Assembly: GCA_016871575.1 (NCBI GenBank)
Contig: VHCW01000016.1
Span: 133 to 64,132 of the forward strand
DNA from: Verrucomicrobiota bacterium
Lineage (GTDB): Bacteria; Verrucomicrobiota; Verrucomicrobiia; Palsa-1439
DNA length: 64,000 bases
Reading direction: 5' to 3'
A program made the position numbers and the translations under genes. Within the stretch, counting starts at the first letter, position 1, and each line of letters starts with the position of its first letter. The notes beneath the pieces were generated by a model. It was not told the origin of the DNA. It ran no database searches and worked only from the letters and a program-made list of their open reading frames with translations. Below, one piece after another: positions 28,355 through 38,637 of the stretch.

Positions 28355-29745
28355 CATCCGTCTCGGACTGCCGGTTTCAAGTAACGGTTGAGTTCCGGCA
28401 GGTTGGTGCAGCGCATTGCGGCGCCGTCCCACTCGACGCGGCGTTTGAGGCCCGCCAGTATCGCGATGTTCCCCAGCAGCGCAATTTCAGCCAGCGGCGC
28501 TGAATACTCAAAGTTCGCGCAGGCCGGCACGTCGCCGCAGCACGCACGGAAGAAATCCTCCTGATGTGTGCCTTTGACGCGCGGCAACACTTTGTCGGGA
28601 ACCGGGAAGGCGCGTTGCGCCTCCTCCGGCACCATGCGGCACCCGTCCCCGAATTCGCCGATGGTCATGATGCCCTTGTCGCCCACAAGCAGCGAGCCGG
28701 CGCGCCCGAAGTTCCGGTTGTACTGTTTTTCCAGTTCAAGCACCAGCGGCGGAAGGTTCTGCCATTCGCGCTTCGCGACGTTTCTCCATCGTTTCAACAC
28801 CGTCTCTTCGTTGTACTGCTGATCTGCCGCAAGCCCATCGTAAAAATAAACTTTCACGGGATCCATGCCTTCGCGGGCGGGGAAATCCCAGCGGATGCGT
28901 GTACGGATGGGCCAAACCCTCTTGCCGCCACCGCACATGTCCTCCACCTCCACCGCCTCCGGTGCTTTGAGCTTGAGCGCCCAGTAGGCGGGATCAATAA
29001 GGTGGCAGCCCCAGTTGCCAACCGACCCATTGCCGAAGTCGTGCCAGAGATGCCAGCCGTGCGGATGCAGGTCCGCGTGGAAGTTACGGAACGGCGCAGG
29101 ACCAATCCACGTGTCCCAGTCGAAACCCTCCGGCAAAGGCAAAGCCGGCGAGTGCTCCGCGTCAGGCAGGCCATCGCACACCGCCGCCCAGCAATGCACT
29201 TCGCGGACCTGCCCGATGGCACCGGCCCAGATGTACTCGCACAACCGGCGGCAACCTTCGTTCGAGTGACCGTGTTGCCCCATCTGCGTGACAACGCCGT
29301 GACGCTTCGCCTCGTCCCGAAGCAGTCGCGCCCCATGGATCGTATGCGTCAAGGGTTTCTCAACATACACATGGATACCCCGTCGGATGGCCAGCAACGC
29401 CGGGGATGCGTGATGGTGGTTGGGCGTGGCGATGACTACCGCATCCAACTCCTTGCCCATTTTGTCGAACAGTTTGCGGTAGTCGTTGAACGTCTTGATG
29501 GCAGCGGTGTCCGCCGACGGGGCCACCTTGCGGATTTGCGCGAAAGCTGCCTCGATGCAACGACGATCCGGATCCACAAGCGCCACCACCCGTTCTTTAC
29601 AGCAGGCGGGCAACAGCGTTTTGACGCCTTGACCACCGCAGCCGATCAACGCGACGCGCAGCGGTTTCTTCGCTGGTGCCGCGCCGAACACCGTCAGGCC
29701 GCCGGCAGCGACCGCCATTGTCTTGATAAATTCACGTCTCTTCAT
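28345..29745 (-). CDS. Tat-exported Gfo/Idh/MocA-family oxidoreductase
   Basis: Twin-arginine signal followed immediately by the Rossmann LRVALIGCGGQG. Confidence 0.8.
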   Translation of the reverse strand: MKRREFIKTMAVAAGGLTVFGAAPAKKPLRVALIGCGGQGVKTLLPACCKERVVALVDPDRRCIEAAFAQIRKVAPSADTAAIKTFNDYRKLFDKMGKELDAVVIATPNHHHASPALLAIRRGIHVYVEKPLTHTIHGARLLRDEAKRHGVVTQMGQHGHSNEGCRRLCEYIWAGAIGQVREVHCWAAVCDGLPDAEHSPALPLPEGFDWDTWIGPAPFRNFHADLHPHGWHLWHDFGNGSVGNWGCHLIDPAYWALKLKAPEAVEVEDMCGGGKRVWPIRTRIRWDFPAREGMDPVKVYFYDGLAADQQYNEETVLKRWRNVAKREWQNLPPLVLELEKQYNRNFGRAGSLLVGDKGIMTIGEFGDGCRMVPEEAQRAFPVPDKVLPRVKGTHQEDFFRACCGDVPACANFEYSAPLAEIALLGNIAILAGLKRRVEWDGAAMRCTNLPELNRYLKPAVRDGWNI

Positions 29746-29763
29746 TGTCTTTCTTCCCCGGTG

Positions 29764-31227
29764 TTAGAGCCGCCACCCTTCGCGGTACGACGTCTCCAGA
29801 TGGCGGTTGAGTTCCGGCATATTGGCACAGCGCATCCCGGTCGAATCCCATTCGACGCGTTTCCCAACACCCGCGTGAACGGCGATGTTCCCGAGCAGGA
29901 CAAGTTCCGTCAGCGGCCACGCGTGATCGAAGTTCGAGCAGGCTGGTGCCCCGCCGCGACACGCCCGGAAGAAGTCCTCCTGGTGCGTGCCTCTGATACG
30001 CGGCAGCGTACGGGGTGGTTTTGGAAAGGCGCGCTGCGCTTCCTCGGGGACCATTCGGAACCCATCGCCGTGCCGGCCGATGGTGAAGACTCCTTTGTCG
30101 CCGATGAACAGAGAGCCCTCCGCGGTGAATTGCCGATTGTATTTCTTCTCCAATTCGGTGCGGATCGGAGGTGCATAGGCAAGATCGCGTCTCATACGTC
30201 TGTGACCACCTGCACTTACGGTATCCTTGTTGTATGGTGCTTCAGGCGCGATGCCGTCATACCAGTAGAGCTTGAGTGGGGGCAACTCCCCTCGGGCGGG
30301 GAAGTCCCAGCGGATACGGTTACGGATCGGCCAGCTTTCGTGGCTGCCGCCGTACACCTCTTCCAATTCAACCGATGCAGGGCTTGCGAGCTTCAATGCC
30401 AGGGAGGCGTGGTTGATGATGTGGCAACCCATGTTGCCTATGGTGGCGTTGCCGAAATCGCGCCATGCATTCCAGAAGAAATGAAGCAGTCCGTCATGGA
30501 AATCGCGATGAGGTGCACCACCAAGCCACAGATCCCAGTCAAGCTCTTCCGGAACGGGAATCGCGGGAGGGCGTGGGGTGTTGGGGGGTAGTCCGTCAAC
30601 GCGGTCGCTCCAGCAGTGAACTTCACGTACCGCGCCGATGGCACCTGCCTGAAAGTACTCGCACAGCAGGCGGGGACCCTCCGTTGATTGCCCCCAATTG
30701 CCCATCTGCGTGGCAACACCGTAGCGGCGGGCCTCCTCCGTGAGCATTCGCACTTCGGCGATCGTGTGAGCAAGCGGTTTCTCCAGATACACATGAATCC
30801 GGCGACGTATGGCCATCAATGCGGGCAGTGCGTGGTGGTGTATTGGTGTGGCGATGATTACAGCGTCCAGTTCCTTCTTCATCTCGTCGAACATCTTGCG
30901 GTAATCGGAGTATACTGCGATTCTGGATGTGTCGGTGCCTGGTGAAACCTCATTGATCCGCTTCATCGCCGCGGCAATCTGACGACTATCTGGGTCCACG
31001 ACAGCGACGAGTTGCTCGCCGCCGGTCTCCGGGTGGTGTGTGTGCGTACCATCCTGTGACTTAACACTCGTTCCCTGTCCGAGGATTGCCGGGATATGTG
31101 CATAGTTGCCGTACCCACCGCAGCCGATCAACGCGACGCGTAGCGGTTTCTTCGCTGGTGCCGCGCCGAACACCGTCAAGCCGCCGGCAGCGACTGCCAC
31201 TGTCTTGATGAACTCACGTCTCTTCAT
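29764..31227 (-). CDS. Tat-exported Gfo/Idh/MocA-family oxidoreductase (paralog)
   Basis: First ~45 codons nearly identical at DNA level to the 28345-29745 gene; start taken at MKRREFIKT. Confidence 0.8.
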   Translation of the reverse strand: MKRREFIKTVAVAAGGLTVFGAAPAKKPLRVALIGCGGYGNYAHIPAILGQGTSVKSQDGTHTHHPETGGEQLVAVVDPDSRQIAAAMKRINEVSPGTDTSRIAVYSDYRKMFDEMKKELDAVIIATPIHHHALPALMAIRRRIHVYLEKPLAHTIAEVRMLTEEARRYGVATQMGNWGQSTEGPRLLCEYFQAGAIGAVREVHCWSDRVDGLPPNTPRPPAIPVPEELDWDLWLGGAPHRDFHDGLLHFFWNAWRDFGNATIGNMGCHIINHASLALKLASPASVELEEVYGGSHESWPIRNRIRWDFPARGELPPLKLYWYDGIAPEAPYNKDTVSAGGHRRMRRDLAYAPPIRTELEKKYNRQFTAEGSLFIGDKGVFTIGRHGDGFRMVPEEAQRAFPKPPRTLPRIRGTHQEDFFRACRGGAPACSNFDHAWPLTELVLLGNIAVHAGVGKRVEWDSTGMRCANMPELNRHLETSYREGWRL

Positions 31228-31232
31228 TGTCT

Positions 31233-32330
31233 TTACGCATCGAGCGGCATGCCGCAGGCCTCCAAGTGGCACTTGTGCACGATGTAATCGTGCTCGCAGG
31301 TGTATGGGTTGATCATCTCTCCGTTTAGGATGGCGGCAAACTCACGCCACTGGTCTTCGTAGCGGTCTTTCAAGGGCGGCATCTCGACATTCTGAACGCC
31401 TTTCTTGAAGCCGCCGCGGTCTTCCTCCAACGCCAGCTTAAGAATGCCGCCCGACATGTTGCCTTTGGATTCCAGCGGCTGGATGATGATCGTCCCTTTG
31501 TCGCCCATCACCGTGAGATGCCGGCGCTGAAAGCCCTGCGCCTCGGTGATAGAGGTTCGTATCGTGGCGAGCCGGTCGCGGGAAAACTCGAAAACGGCCA
31601 GACCGTTGTCGAGCACGCCGTCAGAGCGGGTGCGGCGAAGGAAGGGCCTGATGTTTTCAGGTTTACCCATGAGCGTCACAACGAGATCAATCAGATGACA
31701 AGCGAGAATGTAGTGGATTCCGCCTTTGTAGGTTTTGATGAGCTTACGGTAGGCGTCGCCGTCATACCGTCCCATGGAAGCGTCGAGATCGAACACGCTC
31801 CCGATCAGTCCGTCTTTCACAGCCTTGATGCAAAACTGCACGGCCGGGTTATTCCGGTACATGTAGCCTACCTGGACGGTCAGGCGCTTGGCCTTCGCTT
31901 CGTCCAGCAACTGTCTGAACTGAGGCAACGATTCGCCGCATGGCTTGTCGAGGTGAATGTGCTTTCCCGCACGGATGCAGCGCAGAGCGGTCGGAATGGG
32001 TGCGTGCTCCTCGGTCTCCACCCCCACGGCCTGAAGACCGGGAACAGCCAGCAACTCGTCCGAGCTCATCCAAGTCAATCCCTTGTAGCAGGTACTCTTC
32101 AGCGCTTTCGCGCGCAGCGCGGGATCATCCTCTGCGATACCGACGACCTCAAACAGATCCGTCAGTTTGCGCAGCGTCCCTATTTTGTTGGCGTGCTGAT
32201 TCCCGGTGCCGATCTGCCCGATTTTGATGCGTGGTCGTTTGGCCGAAATTCCGTCCGCAGCGACGGGAAGCGCCGCGGCTAAGACAGAAGCGGCGAGAAA
32301 TGCACGCCGTGAAAAAGGTGTTTGTTTCAT
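31233..32330 (-). CDS. Tat/Sec-exported Gfo/Idh/MocA-family oxidoreductase
   Basis: SRRAFLAASVLAAA signal; IKIGQIGTGNQHA Rossmann. Confidence 0.75.
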   Translation of the reverse strand: MKQTPFSRRAFLAASVLAAALPVAADGISAKRPRIKIGQIGTGNQHANKIGTLRKLTDLFEVVGIAEDDPALRAKALKSTCYKGLTWMSSDELLAVPGLQAVGVETEEHAPIPTALRCIRAGKHIHLDKPCGESLPQFRQLLDEAKAKRLTVQVGYMYRNNPAVQFCIKAVKDGLIGSVFDLDASMGRYDGDAYRKLIKTYKGGIHYILACHLIDLVVTLMGKPENIRPFLRRTRSDGVLDNGLAVFEFSRDRLATIRTSITEAQGFQRRHLTVMGDKGTIIIQPLESKGNMSGGILKLALEEDRGGFKKGVQNVEMPPLKDRYEDQWREFAAILNGEMINPYTCEHDYIVHKCHLEACGMPLDA

Positions 32331-34390
32331 GGATCAGTGCAAAATGTCATCAAGCCGATGGGTGGCGACTCCTTCGGCGTCAATAAATGACCCAGCGTGC
32401 TCGTGATTTCAACAACAACTTCGTTGCGCCCGATGCGCGCCGCGTCCTTCAGCGCAAACCGATACGGCGACCACGCCCGCCGACCGAGTCGCTTCCCGTT
32501 CCAGATGACGCTCACGGGATAATCGCCGGTGTCAACGCCGAGATATTGCGGCAGCTTGTCGAGCGTGATCTCCGCGCGATACCGGCCCGTGCCGCAGAAC
32601 GCGGGATAACCTTGCGGGCGCCAGTCACCGAGTTTGATCGCCTGCGGCGGCGCAACGATGTGGCCCTGCGCGTCCACCGCAAAATCGCCCCACAAGATCA
32701 GCGCCGGCAGAAACCGCAGCGGCTTCGGCTCGGTCAAGTCCGCTTCAATCCGGTTTTCACCGGCGCGCAACAGCGCGGCGACCGACACGCGCCGGTAACT
32801 GAGATCGAACTGGCGATCCACCGGCGCGGCATCGAGGTTGACTGCCATGCCGTTGATGCGCACGCTGCGCACAAGCTGGGATTGCACGGAAAGCTCTGCA
32901 ACGCGCGGCACGTCCACCACGGCCAGCACCGGCGCATCGAGCCGAAGGCTGTTCAGGCCGACTGGCTGGAACGTCCATTCTGCTTCGAGCGTCTTGCGCG
33001 CAACTACCGACTCATGGCCGGGTTCCAAGCGCGCGCGAATCCGTTCCCGCGCTGCCTCCAAGAAGCGTTCGGTCATCTCCTTCAACGGCTTGGACTGGCG
33101 CGGGTCCGGCCCGGCCACAGCCCAGAGTTCCTCGTCAGCCGGCCACGGCACGCCCAACGGTTTCGCGGCGCGCGCCACCACGGCAGCCTCGGCGACGTAT
33201 TCGGTATAAACCTTGGCAAATTCGCGGAACCACGGTTGTTGTTGGCTATAGACGCCAAAATATTCGCGCTTGAACATGCCGCCCCGGAAATCGTGCGGAC
33301 AAATCGCCAACACGTACCGGTCCACGCCGCACGCGGCGCACAGGTCAACCATCTTCTTCATCGTCGCGAGGCTCATCGTCGGCGGACCGAGCGCATAGAC
33401 TTCCACCATCCGTTCGCGGCCGGTGAACTCGGCGATGAAGGCGAGCGTCAGAGCCTCGCACTTGGCTGGGTCGGTGCGCGTGCTGATTTCGTCAATGCCG
33501 GGAATGCCGAGCGCGCCGAGTTGCCGGCGCAGGCTGCCGTTGTAGGCGACTTGCGAACCGAAACTTCCTTCACCGAGAAAATGGCCGCTCATCGCAACCC
33601 TATGCGCGGCGCACCACTTCGCAATCGGCGCGACCCACGAATCGTGAAACACGCGCGTGTACGCCGCCCAATACTCGCGCCACAGCGGTGAATGAGCGAC
33701 ATCGCCAGTCTGTGCCAGGCGTTTTGGAAAATCGCCACCGAGCGCCTTGTCGAGCGCCGACGACCAAACCAGTTCCCACGCGACATCGCCGGGCTTGCGT
33801 GGCTTGTGCTGGTGCGGCAACGACGGTTCATCGGTGAAAATGGCGCGCACCGTTGTCCCGAAGAACTCGCCGATGGCGCGGGCGTAGCGTTCGTGCGTCA
33901 CGGCGAGAAATCGCGCGGTGGCTTCCGTCAACAGCAGGTTTGCAGTTTCGGGAACAGGAACGACGCGGCTCGTGCCGTCCCGTCCAACCGCCAACAGTTG
34001 AGCTTCCAGTTCGGGATGACCTTGCGTAACCAAACCTTTGGCTTGGCCGCTCGGCCACGTGAACTCGTCGTAGAGCCAGACTTCCATTTTGCGCGACGCC
34101 GCTTGTTCGACGATGAAACGGATGCGCTCGAAGAATTGTCCTCCGAGATACTCCAGTTCGAGTCCCCAGCGCGGATAAAGCACCACACCCCAGTCAGCGC
34201 CGTGAAACGCATCAAGCTGCCGGCACACGTCGTCCGACTTCAGCGTGCCGGTCAACGCCCACATCGCCAGCGGCGCGGTGTGCGTGTGGCTCGCTGCGCG
34301 GCGCTCGCAGGACAACGGTCCGAGGCTGGCCGCCGCGATACCGCCGAGGCTTGTCGCCAGAAATTCGCGGCGCGAAAATGGTACGGTCAT
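32327..34390 (-). CDS. Tat-signal hypothetical protein (687 aa), possibly glycoside-hydrolase-like
   Basis: SRREFLATSLGGIAAA twin-arginine signal; no confident family assignment. Confidence 0.55.
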   Translation of the reverse strand: MTVPFSRREFLATSLGGIAAASLGPLSCERRAASHTHTAPLAMWALTGTLKSDDVCRQLDAFHGADWGVVLYPRWGLELEYLGGQFFERIRFIVEQAASRKMEVWLYDEFTWPSGQAKGLVTQGHPELEAQLLAVGRDGTSRVVPVPETANLLLTEATARFLAVTHERYARAIGEFFGTTVRAIFTDEPSLPHQHKPRKPGDVAWELVWSSALDKALGGDFPKRLAQTGDVAHSPLWREYWAAYTRVFHDSWVAPIAKWCAAHRVAMSGHFLGEGSFGSQVAYNGSLRRQLGALGIPGIDEISTRTDPAKCEALTLAFIAEFTGRERMVEVYALGPPTMSLATMKKMVDLCAACGVDRYVLAICPHDFRGGMFKREYFGVYSQQQPWFREFAKVYTEYVAEAAVVARAAKPLGVPWPADEELWAVAGPDPRQSKPLKEMTERFLEAARERIRARLEPGHESVVARKTLEAEWTFQPVGLNSLRLDAPVLAVVDVPRVAELSVQSQLVRSVRINGMAVNLDAAPVDRQFDLSYRRVSVAALLRAGENRIEADLTEPKPLRFLPALILWGDFAVDAQGHIVAPPQAIKLGDWRPQGYPAFCGTGRYRAEITLDKLPQYLGVDTGDYPVSVIWNGKRLGRRAWSPYRFALKDAARIGRNEVVVEITSTLGHLLTPKESPPIGLMTFCTDP

Positions 34391-34399
34391 TCGGCAGGC

Positions 34400-35620
34400 T
34401 CACTTCGTGGAGAGACTTTTGATTTGTTTGACGATGGCATCGGCAATGCGACGACCGGCCTCTTGATATTGTTCGCGGTTCATGACGGTTTTGTGGACGA
34501 TGGCATACGGAACCTCAAATGTGACGCTGGGAACCTTCATTTCTTCGTGAAAAAACGTACTGAATCGCGGTGTCTCCCAGCGCGACGGATATTTGGCAAC
34601 GCGAACGAAATTGGCAGCGGCAAATTCCGCGCCCAACTGTTCCCCCATGAGCACCGCCCATTGCTTCGCTTCCTGAGAGACTTCGGGGCGCGCCTCGGAC
34701 ACGAAGCTATAGATGCCCTGCGTCTCGCTTGCGCCCGGCGCGTGGAAATCGAATCCCGCGACGGGACGACACCGCGCGGCCCAGCGTCGTATGTCCTGCT
34801 GAAACACCAAGACCTCGTGCCGCATCGGCGGTTTGCCCCACGCGCGATTGAGGTCGTAAGGGAAATTGTCCTTGCCGTAATCGCCTTGTTCGATGCCGTC
34901 ACTATTTGCCAGCGGCACCGCCCAGGCCAACGGCGCCGCGTCGCCAAGTTCCGCAAACCGCCGCAGCACGCCATCGAGCACCCACGACCCGCTGACCTCG
35001 GCCGAGTGCTGGCGCGCCATCAGATAAACGCCCGCTCGGTTGCCCTTGGGCCGGCTGTAATCATTGCTCAACCGCCACAACGGACGTCCGCCCTGGCTGA
35101 CGCCGATGGTGTCCACCCGCCAATAGCCTCCACTTTGCTTGACCAACCGCTCCACATCCTCGCGCCCGTAGGGAAACGAAAACGCGAAGTCCAACGACGG
35201 TTTCTCCATGTCGAATGTCCACGCGGCCTGACGCCGGCCATCGGGAAGCTCAATCAACTCCGGCGCGCCGGTCCGTTCCCAGTTGCCCTTTGTGGGACGA
35301 AACACAGGACGGAAATGACCGGGCTGGCCGCCCCCGAGCATGGTCTCGGGACATTCCAAGATGAGCCGCTGCTTGCCGAGCGCCGCCCGTCTCGCCCCTG
35401 AACGGCAGACCTGAAAGCAAAACCACAGACACTCCGGCCCGCCGTGCGGGTTTGGTGTGAACCGCACCTCCGTGACCGGTCCGTTTTCTTGCACGCGCAC
35501 ATTGGCGGCGTTGCCGTAGGGCACGTTCGTCCTGACGATGATGTCGGGTTCTGCCATCAGCATGACCGAGCCGCTGGCGATTGCGACGAAAGCATACACG
35601 GCTGTTTGTATTTGTTTCAT
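34400..35620 (-). CDS. Exported M14-like metallocarboxypeptidase / succinylglutamate-desuccinylase-like protein
   Basis: Signal peptide; HGGPE (HGNE-like) motif; weak. Confidence 0.4.
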   Translation of the reverse strand: MKQIQTAVYAFVAIASGSVMLMAEPDIIVRTNVPYGNAANVRVQENGPVTEVRFTPNPHGGPECLWFCFQVCRSGARRAALGKQRLILECPETMLGGGQPGHFRPVFRPTKGNWERTGAPELIELPDGRRQAAWTFDMEKPSLDFAFSFPYGREDVERLVKQSGGYWRVDTIGVSQGGRPLWRLSNDYSRPKGNRAGVYLMARQHSAEVSGSWVLDGVLRRFAELGDAAPLAWAVPLANSDGIEQGDYGKDNFPYDLNRAWGKPPMRHEVLVFQQDIRRWAARCRPVAGFDFHAPGASETQGIYSFVSEARPEVSQEAKQWAVLMGEQLGAEFAAANFVRVAKYPSRWETPRFSTFFHEEMKVPSVTFEVPYAIVHKTVMNREQYQEAGRRIADAIVKQIKSLSTK

Positions 35621-35630
35621 GGCTTATCCG

Positions 35631-36092
35631 TTAACGATTCGGCAGCAGTTCCACAAAATCGCACTCGACGCCGCTCGTGCGGGACACTTCGCGCCATCGA
35701 GAGCGGTCGAAGTCGGGGAACTTGGTGTCGCCGGTGATGTTTTGATGAACGTGTGTGAGCAGCAACTGGTCAGCGAGGGGGAGAGCCTGGCGATAGACTT
35801 CCGCGCCGCCGATGACGAACACGGTGGCGTTGTCGGGACAAGCCTTCAACGCGGCATCGAGACTGGAAAAACATTCCACGCCGGGAATGGCGTGGCCGCG
35901 GGTCAGGACGATGTTGCGGCGGCCGGGGAGAGGTTTGCCGATGGAGTCGTAGGTTTTGCGTCCCATGACGAGCGTGTGCCCCATCGTGACGGCCTTGAAC
36001 CGGCGGAGGTCCTCGGAAAGATGCCACGGGAGCCGGCCTTGATGGCCGATGGTGCCGTCAGGGGTGACGGCGGCGATGATGACGAGCTTCAT
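35631..36092 (-). CDS. folA: Dihydrofolate reductase
   Basis: MKLVIIAAV..G.IG..G.LPW ... GRKTYDSIG ... VIGG DHFR motifs. Start ATG (36092-36090) overlaps the thyA stop (ATGA). Confidence 0.85.
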   Translation of the reverse strand: MKLVIIAAVTPDGTIGHQGRLPWHLSEDLRRFKAVTMGHTLVMGRKTYDSIGKPLPGRRNIVLTRGHAIPGVECFSSLDAALKACPDNATVFVIGGAEVYRQALPLADQLLLTHVHQNITGDTKFPDFDRSRWREVSRTSGVECDFVELLPNR

Positions 36093-36928
36093 ACGGCGAC
36101 TTTGAACTTGATCTTCGGGTGCGGGTTGTAGCCTTCGACGCGGAAATCCTCGAACCGGAGTTCGTTGAACGGTTTCCTGGCGATGACGAGCCGGGGCAGG
36201 GGACGCGGTTCGCGCGTGAGTTGTTCCTTGAGGCCGGGGACGTGGTCGTACGGTTCCATGCCGCTGCCGGGACGGGCGGTGTAGATGTGGGCGTCCACGA
36301 TGGTGTGCGCGAACCAACCGACTTCGAGGCCGGTCTCCTGCGCGAGCATCTGCGTGAGCGCGGCGTAGCACGCGAGGTTGAACGGGATGCCGAGCGCGAT
36401 GTCGCCGCTGCGCTGTGTCAGATGACAATTCAACCGGTTCTCTTGGACATTGAACACGAAACTGTAGTGGCAGGGTGGGAGCTTGCTGCTCTTGGCGTTG
36501 CCGGGTTCCCAAGCGGTCACGACCAGTCGTCGGCTGGTGGGTTCCTGCCTGAGCGAATCAATCACGTACTGGATCTGGTCCACCTCCCGAACGTGCCACT
36601 TGCCGTTGGCGTCCTGATACGGGTGTGGGAACCGCCGCCAGTACCGGCCATAAGCGGTTTCGAGGTTGCCGTGTTCGTCGGCCCAAGCGTCCCAGATTTT
36701 GGTGTGCTGGCGGAGATTGCGGATATGGTCCTCGCCGGAGAGATACCAGAGCAACTCATGGAGCATGGAATCGAAATTGACCTCCTTGGTGGTGAGCAGC
36801 GGATACCCCTTGGAGAGGTCCACGCGATAGAACGCGCCGAAGTAGGAAATGGTATCCACGCCGGTGCGGCTGGCTTTCCACGTGCCGTTTTCCAACACAA
36901 GACGAACAAGATCGAGATATTCTTTCAC
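36089..36928 (-). CDS. thyA: Thymidylate synthase
   Basis: YLDL...GTGV.S.FG ... LPPCH..FQF ThyA signature. Confidence 0.9.
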   Translation of the reverse strand: MKEYLDLVRLVLENGTWKASRTGVDTISYFGAFYRVDLSKGYPLLTTKEVNFDSMLHELLWYLSGEDHIRNLRQHTKIWDAWADEHGNLETAYGRYWRRFPHPYQDANGKWHVREVDQIQYVIDSLRQEPTSRRLVVTAWEPGNAKSSKLPPCHYSFVFNVQENRLNCHLTQRSGDIALGIPFNLACYAALTQMLAQETGLEVGWFAHTIVDAHIYTARPGSGMEPYDHVPGLKEQLTREPRPLPRLVIARKPFNELRFEDFRVEGYNPHPKIKFKVAV

Positions 36929-36997
36929 AGGCTCAAACCGATGCGCTCCTTTGACGACAGTGATGGTAGCGAAGCGCGAGGAAAAAGCCAGATGAGA

Positions 36998-38512
36998 TTA
37001 TGCCAGCCGGCGTTTTTCTTCGGCGGGGGCGTCGCCGGGTCTGGCGGTGTTGAGGAAAAGGGTCTCGGTCTTGAGTTCTGTCGGTTCAGGGGAGGTCGCT
37101 GCCGTGGGAGAAGTCTTTTTGCGTTCGCGCCCAAAGAGGATCGTCTTGGCCGTCTTCGCGAAGATAAACGCGTCGAGGAAGAACGACATGTGTTTGATGT
37201 AGTAAAGGTCGTATTGGAGTTTGCGGCGGGTGTCCTCAACGCTGGCTGCGTAGGGGGCCATGACCTGCGCCCAGCCGGTGATGCCCGGCGGCACGAGGAG
37301 GCGTTCGGCGTAGAACGGGATTTTCTCAGAGAGCTTTTGAATGAAGATGGCGCGCTCAGGACGCGGACCGACGAGGCTCATGTCGCCACGAAGGACGTTG
37401 ACGAGCTGGGGGATTTCGTCAACGCGGGTTTTGCGGAGCCATTTACCGACGGTTGTGATGCGCGGGTCATTGTCGGCGGCCCACACGGGGCCGGTTTCGC
37501 TCTCGGCGCCGGCCACCATGGTGCGGAACTTGAGCAACTCAAAAGGGACACTGTCGCGTCCAAGGCGTTCCTGCCGGTAGAGGATTGGGCCGGGCGAGGT
37601 GAGTTTGATGAGCGAGGCCGCCAACCCCGCCAGCGGAGCGGTGATGACGATGCCGAGCATCGACAACAAGACATCAATCAGCCGTTTGAAGCGGCGAATA
37701 TGGATGCGGGAGTTGTTGAGGGACGCGTGGAAGAGCCATTCGTCGTTGATGTAGTCGAGCGGGATTTCCTGGCCAAGCTCTTCGTAGAGCGTGACGAAGT
37801 CCACGATGGCCACACCGCGATAACGAAAAGCGCGCAGCCGTTTCAGCAGCAGGGATTCCTCGTCTGCGGTGGTGGCGAGGATCAGGCGTTCGATATCGTA
37901 GAGATCAACAAACTTTTCGAGGGAATCGAGAGTGCCCAGCACGGGATAATCCTCGATGAACTGTCCGACCCTCTCTCTTGATGGGCCGCAGTGGATCATG
38001 CCGAGAACGCGGATGCCGTAGTGCGGGTGGCGGCGGATGAGTTGGATGGTCTTGCGGGCTTCACCGTTGGTCCCGATGATCAGGCAGCGTTGCGCGAGCA
38101 GGCCGCGACGGTTGGCTGCAATGTAGAACAGGCGATTCGCCACGATGACGGCAAAGACGAATGCGGCAAACCCGAAGAAGATGCCGCGCCCCATGTCCAA
38201 GGAGAACGTGGCGTAAAAGACCGAGGTGGTGAGGACTGATCCCAGCACCACCGCCATGACCGCTGCCGTAAGCATCCGGGAGACGCGCTGCAAGGACTCA
38301 TTTTCGTACAGGCCGGAAATGTAGAAGGATACGATGTAAAGCGTCCAAGCGATCAGCACCGGCGACCAATGCTTTTCGAGGTAGCCCATTCCCTCCAGCC
38401 AGCCGAGGCGCAGCGTGACTGCCAGCACCATGGCGAATGCAGCGCAAAAACCGTCAGCCACCGCCAGCAACAGTTGCTTGCGGGGCCAACTACTGGAGCG
38501 GGAGAGAATCAT
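36998..38512 (-). CDS. Exopolysaccharide polyprenyl-phosphate glycosyl-1-phosphate transferase (bacterial sugar transferase, WbaP/EpsB-like)
   Basis: Multiple N-terminal TM helices; C-terminal ILYRQERLG..G..F...KFRTM ... DEIPQL..VL.GDMSLVGPRP motifs. Confidence 0.85.
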   Translation of the reverse strand: MILSRSSSWPRKQLLLAVADGFCAAFAMVLAVTLRLGWLEGMGYLEKHWSPVLIAWTLYIVSFYISGLYENESLQRVSRMLTAAVMAVVLGSVLTTSVFYATFSLDMGRGIFFGFAAFVFAVIVANRLFYIAANRRGLLAQRCLIIGTNGEARKTIQLIRRHPHYGIRVLGMIHCGPSRERVGQFIEDYPVLGTLDSLEKFVDLYDIERLILATTADEESLLLKRLRAFRYRGVAIVDFVTLYEELGQEIPLDYINDEWLFHASLNNSRIHIRRFKRLIDVLLSMLGIVITAPLAGLAASLIKLTSPGPILYRQERLGRDSVPFELLKFRTMVAGAESETGPVWAADNDPRITTVGKWLRKTRVDEIPQLVNVLRGDMSLVGPRPERAIFIQKLSEKIPFYAERLLVPPGITGWAQVMAPYAASVEDTRRKLQYDLYYIKHMSFFLDAFIFAKTAKTILFGRERKKTSPTAATSPEPTELKTETLFLNTARPGDAPAEEKRRLA

Positions 38513-38637
38513 GGACTCTTTGTGTTTGTAACATGCAGCACGAAACGCACTTCTGGACGTCTTGGCCCCGAACGTTCCATCGCACTATACGGAACAGCCA
38601 ATCGATTGCAAGGGTTATTGTGTCTTTCCCGGAGATG

